Positions 1 through 8,519 of a stretch of DNA of 64,000 bases are shown here, piece after piece. The position numbers and the translations under genes are program-made. The notes beneath the pieces were generated by a model that ran no database searches, was not told the origin of the DNA, and saw only the letters and a list, made by a program, of their open reading frames with translations. Source of the stretch: a virus; IMG/VR virus record IMGVR_UViG_3300027833_000015, positions 1 to 64,000 of that record, one strand, 5' to 3'. The first letter of the stretch is position 1. Every line of letters begins with the position of its first letter.

Positions 1-75
1 AAGACTAGATCACCTGTCGTATTATCTACCTCGATGCTGTTCGTGCTGATGGCAATGCGGTCTAACATCATCAGG

Positions 76-291
76 TTAGGCATCTTGTTTCTCGAGAAAG
101 GCAAAGAATTTCTTAAACTGCCACTTGCGTCCGTTAATAGTGCCCATGACATCTCCTTTGACATTGCCAAAGACATTTCCTTTCACATTGCCCCAGACAT
201 TACCCTTGACATTGCCCTTGACATATCCGACATCGCCTTCGACATACCATGTGCCGTAAAGGTCTTGCTTCAATTCTGGTTTATTCTTCAT
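76..291 (-). CDS. Hypothetical protein with GNVK-type tetrapeptide repeats
   Basis: VKGNVKGNVWGNVKGNVFGNVKGDV repeat; GGGAG SD upstream; downstream of a sigma70-like promoter. Confidence 0.65.
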   Translation of the reverse strand: MKNKPELKQDLYGTWYVEGDVGYVKGNVKGNVWGNVKGNVFGNVKGDVMGTINGRKWQFKKFFAFLEKQDA

Positions 292-338
292 CGTTTTTCT
301 CCCAATACTGTGTGTGGTTTTCTCTATTCATATACACT

Positions 339-366
339 ATTATAAGGATATGGTGTGAGATGTCAA
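339..366 (-). promoter_or_regulatory. Sigma70-type promoter
   Basis: Minus strand TTGACA-N16-TATAAT-AGTG. Confidence 0.65.
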
Positions 367-521
367 GGTTTATCTGCTTCTATGAAGAGTTTGAGTGTGC
401 GTTGGTCATCTTGTATTGATAGCGTTATGCCATGGACGTTATGCTGGACATATGCACGACCACACGAGTCGATTACCTCGACTCTTGTTACTGTCTCAAA
501 GTGGATAGGTGGGTTATCCAT
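363..521 (-). CDS. Small phage hypothetical protein (52 aa, below ORF-track cutoff)
   Basis: Own translation MDNPPIHFETVTRVEVIDSCGRAYVQHNVHGITLSIQDDQRTLKLFIEADKP; TRVEVID..GRAYV..SIQDD.RTLK resembles a common small phage family; fills the gap between neighbours. Confidence 0.65.
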   Translation of the reverse strand: MDNPPIHFETVTRVEVIDSCGRAYVQHNVHGITLSIQDDQRTLKLFIEADKP

Positions 522-708
522 CTCGACTTATCCTCTGTAGTATGATGTCTATGATTGGGGTGAGGTCAGTCTCATGGGTGAAGATAATCTTGTCCCCAAG
601 GTGCGAGTTGACCAGCAGCGTCACATCATCTCCATCCTCTTCGATGCTCGTACTGATTGAGAATCGTTTTGTGAGGGCAGAGATGATTTGGTTCTCGATC
701 ATGCTCAT
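514..708 (-). CDS. Hypothetical protein
   Basis: ATG at 708 overlaps upstream stop (TAATG); start shortened relative to ORF track. Confidence 0.55.
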   Translation of the reverse strand: MSMIENQIISALTKRFSISTSIEEDGDDVTLLVNSHLGDKIIFTHETDLTPIIDIILQRISRDG

Positions 709-986
709 TATGAGACTTTGATCTTTGTTGCTATTTGAATGACGATAGTCGGAAGGACAAACAGTTGAGTAATATGCCCAATGACATATGCTCTGTCCTT
801 TCCTATAAATGTCATCTGAGACATCCACTCAGGAAAGAGGACACGCAGGTTCTCAACATCCATGTTTGTGTAGGCATGTCCGACCTGCTTGATGCACCAC
901 CACAGACGTGTGCCTGCTTCTCCTGGACCATCTGTCGCAACATATGCTTTCTTTGCTACTGACAATCTATCTTCGTAATCGCTCAT
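708..986 (-). CDS. Hypothetical protein, possibly membrane-associated
   Basis: Tightly packed ORF with hydrophobic C-terminus. Confidence 0.55.
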   Translation of the reverse strand: MSDYEDRLSVAKKAYVATDGPGEAGTRLWWCIKQVGHAYTNMDVENLRVLFPEWMSQMTFIGKDRAYVIGHITQLFVLPTIVIQIATKIKVS

Positions 987-1195
987 ACTATCTCCGTTAT
1001 TCCTCTGTTTGTTGGTGGGATTCTTTTTGTTGGGTGGCGAGCATCGCCCTCAACCATTAATGCCACTACTGGCACTGTTGGTACTGCTACTGTTTTGCCT
1101 TGTTCGAGCATTTCCTCTAACACACTCTGCGTAATGGCAATGACCAAAGGGGTCAGGTCTAACTCTTCTCCATTTAACACTAATTTACATTCCAT
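983..1195 (-). CDS. Hypothetical protein
   Basis: Overlap-coupled ORF. Confidence 0.5.
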   Translation of the reverse strand: MECKLVLNGEELDLTPLVIAITQSVLEEMLEQGKTVAVPTVPVVALMVEGDARHPTKRIPPTNRGITEIV

Positions 1196-1204
1196 ATCGT
1201 CTTC

Positions 1205-1657
1205 CTATATTGTTGATGTTATCACAAATCGGTCAAAATCGACACATCCATTTATAGTCTTGACTTCTGTGTATCTGATAAATACCTTGGAGTGTAGTTC
1301 TATCTCTTCTAGTATTTCGAGGATGTCCTCTCTATTATCTATAATCCATTGCTCAGGTTTTATGTTACGTTGGCCATGATATATTGGATGTATCTGCACA
1401 CAGCAAGAGGTCGTGTCGTCTGTCAACTTGAGCGTCTCTACAAAGAATCCATATTCTTCAGGGATATACTTTGCAGGAAGGTCGTACTCGAGATATGCGC
1501 ACTTAAATGATACGCAGACTTTGGGTCTGGAGTCGTACACGGAACATCCTGCTTCGCAGACATGCTCACATGAACCACCCCACTTGTAGTCGACGCCATC
1601 CTCGACGTCGATACACAATGAGTGACAACAAGCGGTACAGTCGCCACAACTACCCAT
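1205..1657 (-). CDS. YkgJ-like (CxxCxxCC) Zn/Fe-chelating cysteine-cluster protein
   Basis: CGDCTACC...C...CSVYDSRPKVCxSFxC pattern. Confidence 0.75.
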   Translation of the reverse strand: MGSCGDCTACCHSLCIDVEDGVDYKWGGSCEHVCEAGCSVYDSRPKVCVSFKCAYLEYDLPAKYIPEEYGFFVETLKLTDDTTSCCVQIHPIYHGQRNIKPEQWIIDNREDILEILEEIELHSKVFIRYTEVKTINGCVDFDRFVITSTI

Positions 1658-2937
1658 CAGAAGAAGCACATATCTGCTGGTTCTGCATTGTACATGGGGA
1701 ATGTTCCTGCGTCTGTATCAACAGGATCCCAACCTTCAAACATTTCATGCAACTGACTCATGTAGTATCGTACACGGTTGAGGTGATCAACACCGTCTGT
1801 TGCTGGGTCAGGAGCGATTCCCAGTAGATTGAATCCAGTCTCGTTTTTGCCACGTGCTTCAGATGCACCTGTCTCTGGTATGGTGAATCGTTCTGATCTA
1901 TCAGAGAAGAGTCCAGTTGCAAGGTCAGAGTAACTCATGATTGTTCCATATCCGTTGTACTCATCACTCAGGTCTCTATCGTACCCACGTATCAGGTATC
2001 CATAAGAGAAAGGAAACAACGTGCCACTAGGTGCGCCACGTGACGCAAAGTCGTGGTCCATACCAAGGATGTGGCCAATCTCGTGTGTGAACGTCTCATG
2101 TGCTCGCTCATAGTAGCGTGTCACCTCTGTTTCTTGGAACACGGTATTGATATGACACTGCGATACGCCACGACGATACTTCATCTCTCGTGTGAGATCA
2201 TTGTACAGTGCTACACCGCAAGCAAACGGGTCGTCTTCTATCTTCTTGAACAGGAATGCTATGTCTGCCTCAGCATCTCTCTGCCATGTATCCAAGTCGG
2301 AGAATTCTTTCTTGCCTTTGGTGAAGTAATCTATCTGCCTGTATAAGTCTCCACGTCCGACTTCGACGAGTTGTACACCTGCAAGTCGCAACTTCACATA
2401 CACACCTGAGTCTGCGAATAACTGGTTGGCGAGGTCGAGTTCTCGTTGAGCAAACTCTTCGTATGTGCCACCGTCGAGTTCCTCGTCGAGTTTAGTGTCA
2501 ACAACAGCAAGCAAGTCGATGATAGCGATCTCTGTGTTGTCTGCATCATATGGGAAGTCGATGTCTGATCGTACAAGGACGCCATCACATGTGATGAATC
2601 CATACACATCGTCACCTGTGCTCGTAGCATCAGTCAAACACTCAGTGGGTTTGCTCATCTGTGGTTCGACAACTACAGGAGGTTCGACTATCACTGGTGG
2701 TTCAACCACGACAGGAGGTTCGACTATCACTGGTGGTTCAACCACCACAGGTGGTTCGACTATCACTGGTGGTTCGACTATCACTGGTGGTGTAACGGGT
2801 GGTTCAACTACGACTGGTGGTGGAGTAGTTGGTGGGATGGTTATCGCAGAGGATGAATTACCTCCACCACCACCGCCACACCCAGATATGGCCATGACCA
2901 TCGCTGTTACTGCTGCTGTAAATGCTAATTTGCTCAT
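1657..2937 (-). CDS. Lipoprotein zinc metallopeptidase, metzincin (reprolysin/M12B-like), with Pro-rich linker
   Basis: Signal peptide with lipobox ISGC followed by poly-Gly; HEIGHILGMDH (HExxHxxGxxH); Met-turn GTIMSY. Confidence 0.85.
   Translation of the reverse strand: MSKLAFTAAVTAMVMAISGCGGGGGGNSSSAITIPPTTPPPVVVEPPVTPPVIVEPPVIVEPPVVVEPPVIVEPPVVVEPPVIVEPPVVVEPQMSKPTECLTDATSTGDDVYGFITCDGVLVRSDIDFPYDADNTEIAIIDLLAVVDTKLDEELDGGTYEEFAQRELDLANQLFADSGVYVKLRLAGVQLVEVGRGDLYRQIDYFTKGKKEFSDLDTWQRDAEADIAFLFKKIEDDPFACGVALYNDLTREMKYRRGVSQCHINTVFQETEVTRYYERAHETFTHEIGHILGMDHDFASRGAPSGTLFPFSYGYLIRGYDRDLSDEYNGYGTIMSYSDLATGLFSDRSERFTIPETGASEARGKNETGFNLLGIAPDPATDGVDHLNRVRYYMSQLHEMFEGWDPVDTDAGTFPMYNAEPADMCFF
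2660..2830 (-). repeat. 18-nt tandem repeat encoding PPV(I/V)VE
   Basis: About 8 copies of ggttcgactatcactggt-like units. Confidence 0.9.
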
Positions 2938-3116
2938 GCTAACTGCTCCTTGGTTTCTTCCTGTGAAATATTCAAAGTATTACCTGCTGCTTCCTCTGTA
3001 TAACGAAACGTGTTGAACCACGTGATGAATGCAAACTGGAATTTGTGCGGATGATGCTCTGGATTGATATGTGGATACCTATCCATGAATAATGCTAGTG
3101 TGTCATCGAAGTCCAT
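2934..3116 (-). CDS. Hypothetical protein
   Basis: Overlap-coupled small ORF. Confidence 0.55.
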   Translation of the reverse strand: MDFDDTLALFMDRYPHINPEHHPHKFQFAFITWFNTFRYTEEAAGNTLNISQEETKEQLA

Positions 3117-3369
3117 TGATGTCCTTTACAACATATTTGCGGTCTGGTGTTAGTGCCTTTGCCTTATTGGTGAAATGCATTCGAACAGCGTACTTACGAG
3201 CAATGGCAAAGAATGTGAATACTGTTGTCATAAGGATGGAGAGTTCTAGTGCACCGAGTTCCCACATAAGACCCAGCGTGAGCATGATCCAGTTGAGTGG
3301 GATGTTTATTGACATTCCGATGCCAGTATCAAATACTGACTCCCTGAATGCTTTTTGCTTGTCTGTCAT
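3103..3369 (-). CDS. Small two-TM membrane protein
   Basis: ES..DT.IG..IN, two hydrophobic segments, R.Y.VR..F; pattern common in phages. Confidence 0.7.
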   Translation of the reverse strand: MTDKQKAFRESVFDTGIGMSINIPLNWIMLTLGLMWELGALELSILMTTVFTFFAIARKYAVRMHFTNKAKALTPDRKYVVKDINGLR

Positions 3370-3396
3370 TATATTACCTTGCTCACAACGTAGATG

Positions 3397-3768
3397 TTAG
3401 TCATCCTCTCTTCGGTGTGGTGTTTCTTTGTTAAGTGTAACATACACGTCATTGTAAATATCTTCCACATAAGAGAGTGCGCGGAGATAGTCTGACTTGT
3501 GTGCCTGTTCACAGTGATCGGGAAATCCCAATATGTGGAACCATGAGTCAATTACATGACGCACGAATCCAAACCAGCGACCCTCTTTCTTGCGATAACA
3601 TCGCGCTGAGAGAGATTCGCATGGATTCTTTGACATGAACACAATCGTGTTCAGTGCCTGTGTGAGTGTAGCACCCACACGTCGAAAATAATGAGGAGCA
3701 TATACATGAGTGCGCTTGTTTACGAGTTCGTGTTCCCAAAAGTCTCGCTGGGTCATTATCGCGACCAC
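3397..3768 (-). CDS. Hypothetical phage protein
   Basis: TQALN...ESLSARCYR...ID..F...HCEQA motif typical of a phage family. Confidence 0.65.
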   Translation of the reverse strand: MVAIMTQRDFWEHELVNKRTHVYAPHYFRRVGATLTQALNTIVFMSKNPCESLSARCYRKKEGRWFGFVRHVIDSWFHILGFPDHCEQAHKSDYLRALSYVEDIYNDVYVTLNKETPHRREDD

Positions 3769-4370
3769 ATCGCGAAATTGTAGCGACCTGTTCTGATCAT
3801 GTTTGGTTTATTGCGCTCTTGATACTTCTCATTGCATATGTCCATGGTGATATTGAGCATCGGTCCAAATCCTTCCATGGATATTTCGATCGACGGGTCA
3901 TCAGTCGCCATGTAGTCATCACGCCAATGGATTCGATCTGCTTTGATCAACTCCGAAAAGAAGTGAAAAGTCGGTGTCCATACTGCTTGGATGACCTGCA
4001 ACGTTGCAGCATTTTCTACAGTAGGGACTGTTGTAGGGAAGTCGAAGCGTTTGCCGCTGATAGCAAATGCGCCATTGACAGTTGTGCCAACAGGTACATA
4101 GATATCCTGCTCGATGAAACGTCGGTATTCGAACTTGACATCAGCACACGATGTGCTGTTCCTATATCCTAGCACATAGGAGGTCATTGTTTCGTCGTTG
4201 AGGTAGCGGAGTTTTGGCCATCCATCTTGCTGGATGGTGACCTGCCACGTGTCAAACTCTGGGACATCTTCGGAGGAGTATGCTCGTTTAGTGTATACAC
4301 ATGCACCGCCAACGACAATGTACATGGTGAGCATGGCGATAGAAAAGCGAGCGTGATGGGTTAATTTCAT
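3756..4370 (-). CDS. Exported or membrane-anchored hypothetical protein
   Basis: N-terminal hydrophobic signal segment; first gene after promoter at 4396-4423. Confidence 0.65.
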   Translation of the reverse strand: MKLTHHARFSIAMLTMYIVVGGACVYTKRAYSSEDVPEFDTWQVTIQQDGWPKLRYLNDETMTSYVLGYRNSTSCADVKFEYRRFIEQDIYVPVGTTVNGAFAISGKRFDFPTTVPTVENAATLQVIQAVWTPTFHFFSELIKADRIHWRDDYMATDDPSIEISMEGFGPMLNITMDICNEKYQERNKPNMIRTGRYNFAMWSR

Positions 4371-4395
4371 AGTATATTTCTCGACTGGATACTCT

Positions 4396-4423
4396 ATTAT
4401 CTATACCCAGATTGAGATAGCAA
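4396..4423 (-). promoter_or_regulatory. Sigma70-type promoter
   Basis: TTGCTA-N16-GATAAT-AGAGT. Confidence 0.55.
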
Positions 4424-4424
4424 C

Positions 4425-4682
4425 TTATTTGTTGATGATCTTATCTAAGTGCTGCTCGAACTGGGTTATCTTGGGCAGTCGATCTTCCCAATAGATGTAG
4501 TTCTTGGCAGGGTCTTTCTTCAGGTTGTTGAGTAGTGGTTGGATTGCGGCACGGAGTTCAAGCAACTTAGACTCGAGTGCTTCCAACTCCACTGTCGCTG
4601 TGTCAACGTCTGCGCGTTGCTGTTGTATAAAATCCAGTTCGTCCAGTGTGACTGCGGTGAACCCAAAGTCAAAGTCGCTCAT
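4425..4682 (-). CDS. Conserved T4-like phage hypothetical protein
   Basis: MSDFDFGFTAV..DEL...I.PLLNNLKKDP.K.YIYW..R motif. Confidence 0.75.
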   Translation of the reverse strand: MSDFDFGFTAVTLDELDFIQQQRADVDTATVELEALESKLLELRAAIQPLLNNLKKDPAKNYIYWEDRLPKITQFEQHLDKIINK

Positions 4683-4683
4683 T

Positions 4684-5598
4684 TTAGCATCCTGCTGGTA
4701 GTCCACCGCATGCATCGCCTCTGCCATCGCCATCGGTGTCAAGTTGATCGGAGTTAGAAATCAATGGGCAGTTATCAATAGCGTCACCAACACCGTCATC
4801 ATCACTATCAGTGAAGTATGCTGCGTTGTAGTGACTATCGTGTTCGTCCATTATTCCAGTTGCAACACTATTAAGATCGAGATTGTATGTCGGTCCATAT
4901 GAATAGTTTGTGAGGTCAACGTTGTAGATAGCAGTCAACCAAACAAGTATCCCTTGGTCAATGAGGACAGTGCCTGGATGCCCAAGGTTGTCTGTGAATA
5001 TTGATGTCTCTTTGTCGCCTTGCATTGCGGTCACTTCAGGCAAGTCTCCCGCAGTGAAATGTTCACGCAGTTCGACAGATGATTGTCCGTAGGGGATACA
5101 AAAGATATCAGTATTAGGAAATAGAATTCTAAGTTGGTCAATGAATGCATGCCAATTGGGTTTGTACGCTTCCCATATCCCAGTATAGATTTCATCTGTG
5201 TAGTTAGATGGTTGTGGAATCCAAGGCAGAGCAATAAAGAATCTTGTGGAGGGATTCTTGTCTAACGCATAGTTGATCCAATTGACATATCCTGTTGTTG
5301 TAGGATAGTCGGGATGATAAGTCATTCCAAATAGTTCAACGTCACCACCATCTAATACGCCAGTGATAGTATTTTTCTTTGAAGTATTATTCCAAAGTGC
5401 TTCAGGTGTTCCAGTTGGACCCCCAGAGAACACAATAGTTTGCGAGTGTCCTGATATCCCAGCAGCAGCAGAATAGTCAGGCAGTAACTCTGCATAAGGT
5501 CTAAAGAAACTATGTCCAATAAGCAAAGAGTTCATACCATCAATAGCATATGCATTGAAAGAGAAAGTTACGAAGAGTACTGCTATCAATTTGTTCAT
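4684..5598 (-). CDS. Secreted SGNH-like protein with C-terminal thrombospondin type-3 Ca-binding repeat
   Basis: Signal peptide (..FNAYA); IGHSF block-I-like and DxxGH block-V-like motifs; DSDDDGVGDAIDNCP..SNSDQLDTDGDGRGDAC. Confidence 0.75.
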   Translation of the reverse strand: MNKLIAVLFVTFSFNAYAIDGMNSLLIGHSFFRPYAELLPDYSAAAGISGHSQTIVFSGGPTGTPEALWNNTSKKNTITGVLDGGDVELFGMTYHPDYPTTTGYVNWINYALDKNPSTRFFIALPWIPQPSNYTDEIYTGIWEAYKPNWHAFIDQLRILFPNTDIFCIPYGQSSVELREHFTAGDLPEVTAMQGDKETSIFTDNLGHPGTVLIDQGILVWLTAIYNVDLTNYSYGPTYNLDLNSVATGIMDEHDSHYNAAYFTDSDDDGVGDAIDNCPLISNSDQLDTDGDGRGDACGGLPAGC

Positions 5599-5717
5599 GT
5601 TTTTATTTCCTTCACAGGGGCAGGTTTATCTGCCTTTGGTTTACCGAATATTTTATCCCAGTTTGCTTCGATCTTCTTACGATCTTCTGGTCGACGCTTG
5701 TCACCTTTACCATTCAT
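5595..5717 (-). CDS. Small conserved phage peptide
   Basis: GKGDKRRP...NWDKIF motif. Confidence 0.55.
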   Translation of the reverse strand: MNGKGDKRRPEDRKKIEANWDKIFGKPKADKPAPVKEIKT

Positions 5718-5838
5718 CAGATGTCGTCCATTCTCTTTTGCACTTGTTACACTGCCAGTGGTCCCAGTTCTTATCACGCTGTGACCAATACTTGTAGTGG
5801 TACAATGCGCACCACTGCTTTTTGAACCAACTGATCAT
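5707..5838 (-). CDS. Small Cys/His (zinc-ribbon-like) protein
   Basis: Own translation MISWFKKQWCALYHYKYWSQRDKNWDHWQCNKCKREWTTSDEW; overlaps both neighbours. Confidence 0.45.
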   Translation of the reverse strand: MISWFKKQWCALYHYKYWSQRDKNWDHWQCNKCKREWTTSDEW

Positions 5839-6104
5839 AGAACGATACCAGATGTCGCTGCACTCCAACCTTTGACAAGGTCAGGGTGTGTTGGTATGAC
5901 TGCGAGGATGACACTTTTGTTCAGGGTCAACTCTGGTGGGTTTCCTTCACCCGTCATGCTAATCCCTGGAGCAAAACCTGCGCCACCTTCCTGTTGTACG
6001 AACAGACGTGGGTCAGATAATGTGACCGTTGTTTCTGACTCGCTCTTGAAACGTCCAACAATCTCTCCCAATATACTTACAACTGATACTACTTCACCGT
6101 GCAT
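5835..6104 (-). CDS. Hypothetical protein, Sm/SH3-like beta fold
   Basis: GEVVS....GEIVGR......TL..PR pattern. Confidence 0.7.
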   Translation of the reverse strand: MHGEVVSVVSILGEIVGRFKSESETTVTLSDPRLFVQQEGGAGFAPGISMTGEGNPPELTLNKSVILAVIPTHPDLVKGWSAATSGIVL

Positions 6105-6280
6105 TACTTCATTCCTCTATGATATCCCATTGATGTGTACTTCTCTTCCTGCTCAGGCATGATACGGATGGAGACTTTGCCCTTGGTCATCCATATCTTA
6201 CCTGTGTGCTGGTTTCCTACTGGGTCATTGCCCCATGGTGCTTTGGGCAACTTGCCGAACTTTTCTTCATCCCACTTCAT
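6104..6280 (-). CDS. Small hypothetical protein
   Basis: Own translation MKWDEEKFGKLPKAPW...GKIWMTKGKVSIRI...MGYHRGMK; TAATG coupling to the next gene. Confidence 0.5.
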   Translation of the reverse strand: MKWDEEKFGKLPKAPWGNDPVGNQHTGKIWMTKGKVSIRIMPEQEEKYTSMGYHRGMK

Positions 6281-6473
6281 CTTCTCTCTTCTCCACCCAG
6301 CGTTGTACCGCTGCGGTTAGATTTGCTCGGGTATATGTACCCTCTGCTTCGAGTATATTTAGGAGATTTTCTGCTCCCATGTATCGCTGTTCCAACGAGT
6401 TGCCTCTTCGACCAAGATAATATGCCAGTGCGATTACAACTGTTGCTATCAGTGTGTGTATGTATGGATCCAT
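6267..6473 (-). CDS. Small membrane protein
   Basis: N-terminal TM segment; GAGGAG SD; follows promoter. Confidence 0.65.
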   Translation of the reverse strand: MDPYIHTLIATVVIALAYYLGRRGNSLEQRYMGAENLLNILEAEGTYTRANLTAAVQRWVEKREDEVG

Positions 6474-6496
6474 GTGTTCTCCTCAATTCAGACTCT

Positions 6497-6525
6497 ATTC
6501 TACATCAAGCGGAATAGGGTGTCAA
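6497..6525 (-). promoter_or_regulatory. Sigma70-type promoter
   Basis: TTGACA-N17-TAGAAT-AGAGTC. Confidence 0.75.
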
Positions 6526-7929
6526 CTACATCTTAAACCCTTCAGATGCTATCTTCTTACCAGCAGTGGTCAGGTCAAACACTGGACCAGTATCCTCTGC
6601 TGGTTTTCCCGCACCATCGTTCATCAACGTCTGGTCTTCGGGGTCAATGTCATACAACTTCATCTTGCTTCTGTCCACGCCAACAACGAACCTCTCGTGC
6701 ATTCCTGGATCCGCATACCTATTCTTCAGGGTCTTCACCATGATCTGGCCAAGACTCTTCAACTCATCGTTGCTAATCAGCGCAAGCATAAGGTCAGCAG
6801 TCGCTGGCAATCCAAACGATTCACTGGTGTCCTCGAGTCCGATGTCGGAGTTACCAAACCCACTCCGTGTCGTCTGAGTTGCTGTCATAACAGGCAGGTT
6901 GAACTCCACTGCTAACCCACGAAGTTCCTCAGCAATGCTCTTGATGAAGGTGTACGAATTAACAGAACCACCCTGTTTGATCCTACTGCTGCCGCAAATG
7001 TTAAGGTAATCGATGTAGATGATATCAGGGGTAAACTTCTTCTTGAGTTTCAGTTCATTCAGTAACGCACGAAAATGACCCGCGTGTGCCTGTGATGTGG
7101 GGTACTCCTTTATGATGAGTTTACCATGCGTCTTCGCTGCTATCTTATCTACCTTCGAGGTGAAGGACTCACGGGTGAGGTCTGTGATCTTATCCAGAGA
7201 CACATCAAGCAGATTGGCATCAATACGTTCTGCGATTCGCTCCTCTGCCATTTCCATCGTGATATACAGTGCGTTCTTTCCCTGAGCGAGCGCAGCGGCA
7301 GCAGCATGGCACATGAAGAGAGACTTACCAACGCCAGTGCCTGCGAGTATTACATTCAGGGACTTATTAGGAAGACCACCTTTAGTGATGACATTCAAAT
7401 ATTCTATATCGAATGGGACACGTTCCTCTACTCTATGGTAGAAGTCGTACCGAGCATCTGCATTAGACAGATAGTCGTGACCAACGTTCGTGTCGAATGT
7501 GACAGCGAGTGCCTTCGACAGTATCTCAGGCAATGCGTTCTTCGTCATCGTCTGGTGCTTACCATCAATGATCGAGATAGACTCCATGACTGCATTGAAC
7601 AGTGCGCGGTCTTGACACCACTTCTCTGTATTCTCGAGCAACCATTCTGGGTCTGTTAGTTTATCTTCAGTGAAGAGATCAGGGAGTATATCTATTGCAT
7701 GTTCAAAGATCTGATCACTGGCAGGATTCTCGGACTCCTTCAGGGAGATACGAAACGATTCCTGTGACGGGAGGTTGTTATACTTGGCGACATACTGCAC
7801 ATACTCTTTGAACAGGAACTGGTGTGTCCCTTCGAAGTATGCTGGATCCATGAATGGAACCACCTTGCGCATGAAGGCATCGTTCGTGAAGAACTGCTTC
7901 AATATCATACTGGGCATATCAGAGGTCAA
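6526..7929 (-). CDS. 41: DnaB-like replicative helicase (T4 gp41)
   Basis: AGTGVGKS Walker A, ITMEMAEERIAERIDAN, IDYLNIC, SESFGLPATAD. Confidence 0.97.
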   Translation of the reverse strand: MTSDMPSMILKQFFTNDAFMRKVVPFMDPAYFEGTHQFLFKEYVQYVAKYNNLPSQESFRISLKESENPASDQIFEHAIDILPDLFTEDKLTDPEWLLENTEKWCQDRALFNAVMESISIIDGKHQTMTKNALPEILSKALAVTFDTNVGHDYLSNADARYDFYHRVEERVPFDIEYLNVITKGGLPNKSLNVILAGTGVGKSLFMCHAAAAALAQGKNALYITMEMAEERIAERIDANLLDVSLDKITDLTRESFTSKVDKIAAKTHGKLIIKEYPTSQAHAGHFRALLNELKLKKKFTPDIIYIDYLNICGSSRIKQGGSVNSYTFIKSIAEELRGLAVEFNLPVMTATQTTRSGFGNSDIGLEDTSESFGLPATADLMLALISNDELKSLGQIMVKTLKNRYADPGMHERFVVGVDRSKMKLYDIDPEDQTLMNDGAGKPAEDTGPVFDLTTAGKKIASEGFKM

Positions 7930-8311
7930 TGTAATCTCCTATTGTTGTGCCGTCTGAGTCAGGCGTGTGATTCTCGAATACCTGCATCAATATGGTTGCC
8001 ATATAGTTTGCGATATCCAACTCGTTTATCGTGAATCCTTCAGGGAGTTCTGGGCGGTGGACAACATCATAGTCAAAAGATAATCGACCATCATCAGTCG
8101 CCTCAAAGCGGTCATACCGTATAACCCAATTGGTGAAGTCACCTTTGAGTATGATGATCACCCACCCTTCTTCGTTGTCGGGTATTGTTGGGTCTGGTGC
8201 CATTATCCAGTCTTCACCCTCCACGAGAGGAAGATCTTCGACCTCGGGGAAGTCCACAAGGTCTATTGGTGTGAGAGTTATACCCTCATCACTATCGTAT
8301 GCCATAATCAA
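7919..8311 (-). CDS. Acidic hypothetical protein
   Basis: Coupled ORF between uvsX and gene 41 (position of T4 gp40). Confidence 0.6.
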   Translation of the reverse strand: MIMAYDSDEGITLTPIDLVDFPEVEDLPLVEGEDWIMAPDPTIPDNEEGWVIIILKGDFTNWVIRYDRFEATDDGRLSFDYDVVHRPELPEGFTINELDIANYMATILMQVFENHTPDSDGTTIGDYIDL

Positions 8312-8519
8312 ACTCCCAGTCTACAGGAACATCGATTATGTTGGCATCTCCTAACTGGACAAAGTTCACATATCCTTCTGGTTCACGCGACTTATACTCT
8401 GTTGCCTCTACAACAAGCAGTGGTACAGTCTGACCAACCATGTCAGCGTACCAGCGCATGCCATCACCGCGACTCGTAATCAACAGTGCCTTCTGAAACT
8501 TATTGTTCTCCATCGCCAT
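8292..8519 (-). CDS. Hypothetical protein
   Basis: WY...VG.....Y..REP.GYVNFV...DA motif; TAATG coupling. Confidence 0.6.
   Translation of the reverse strand: MAMENNKFQKALLITSRGDGMRWYADMVGQTVPLLVVEATEYKSREPEGYVNFVQLGDANIIDVPVDWEFDYGIR

Noticed and set aside
6104-6280. Homing endonuclease remnant (WMTKG..SIRI motif)
   Set aside because: Only a short motif resemblance; no GIY-YIG or HNH catalytic domain nearby.
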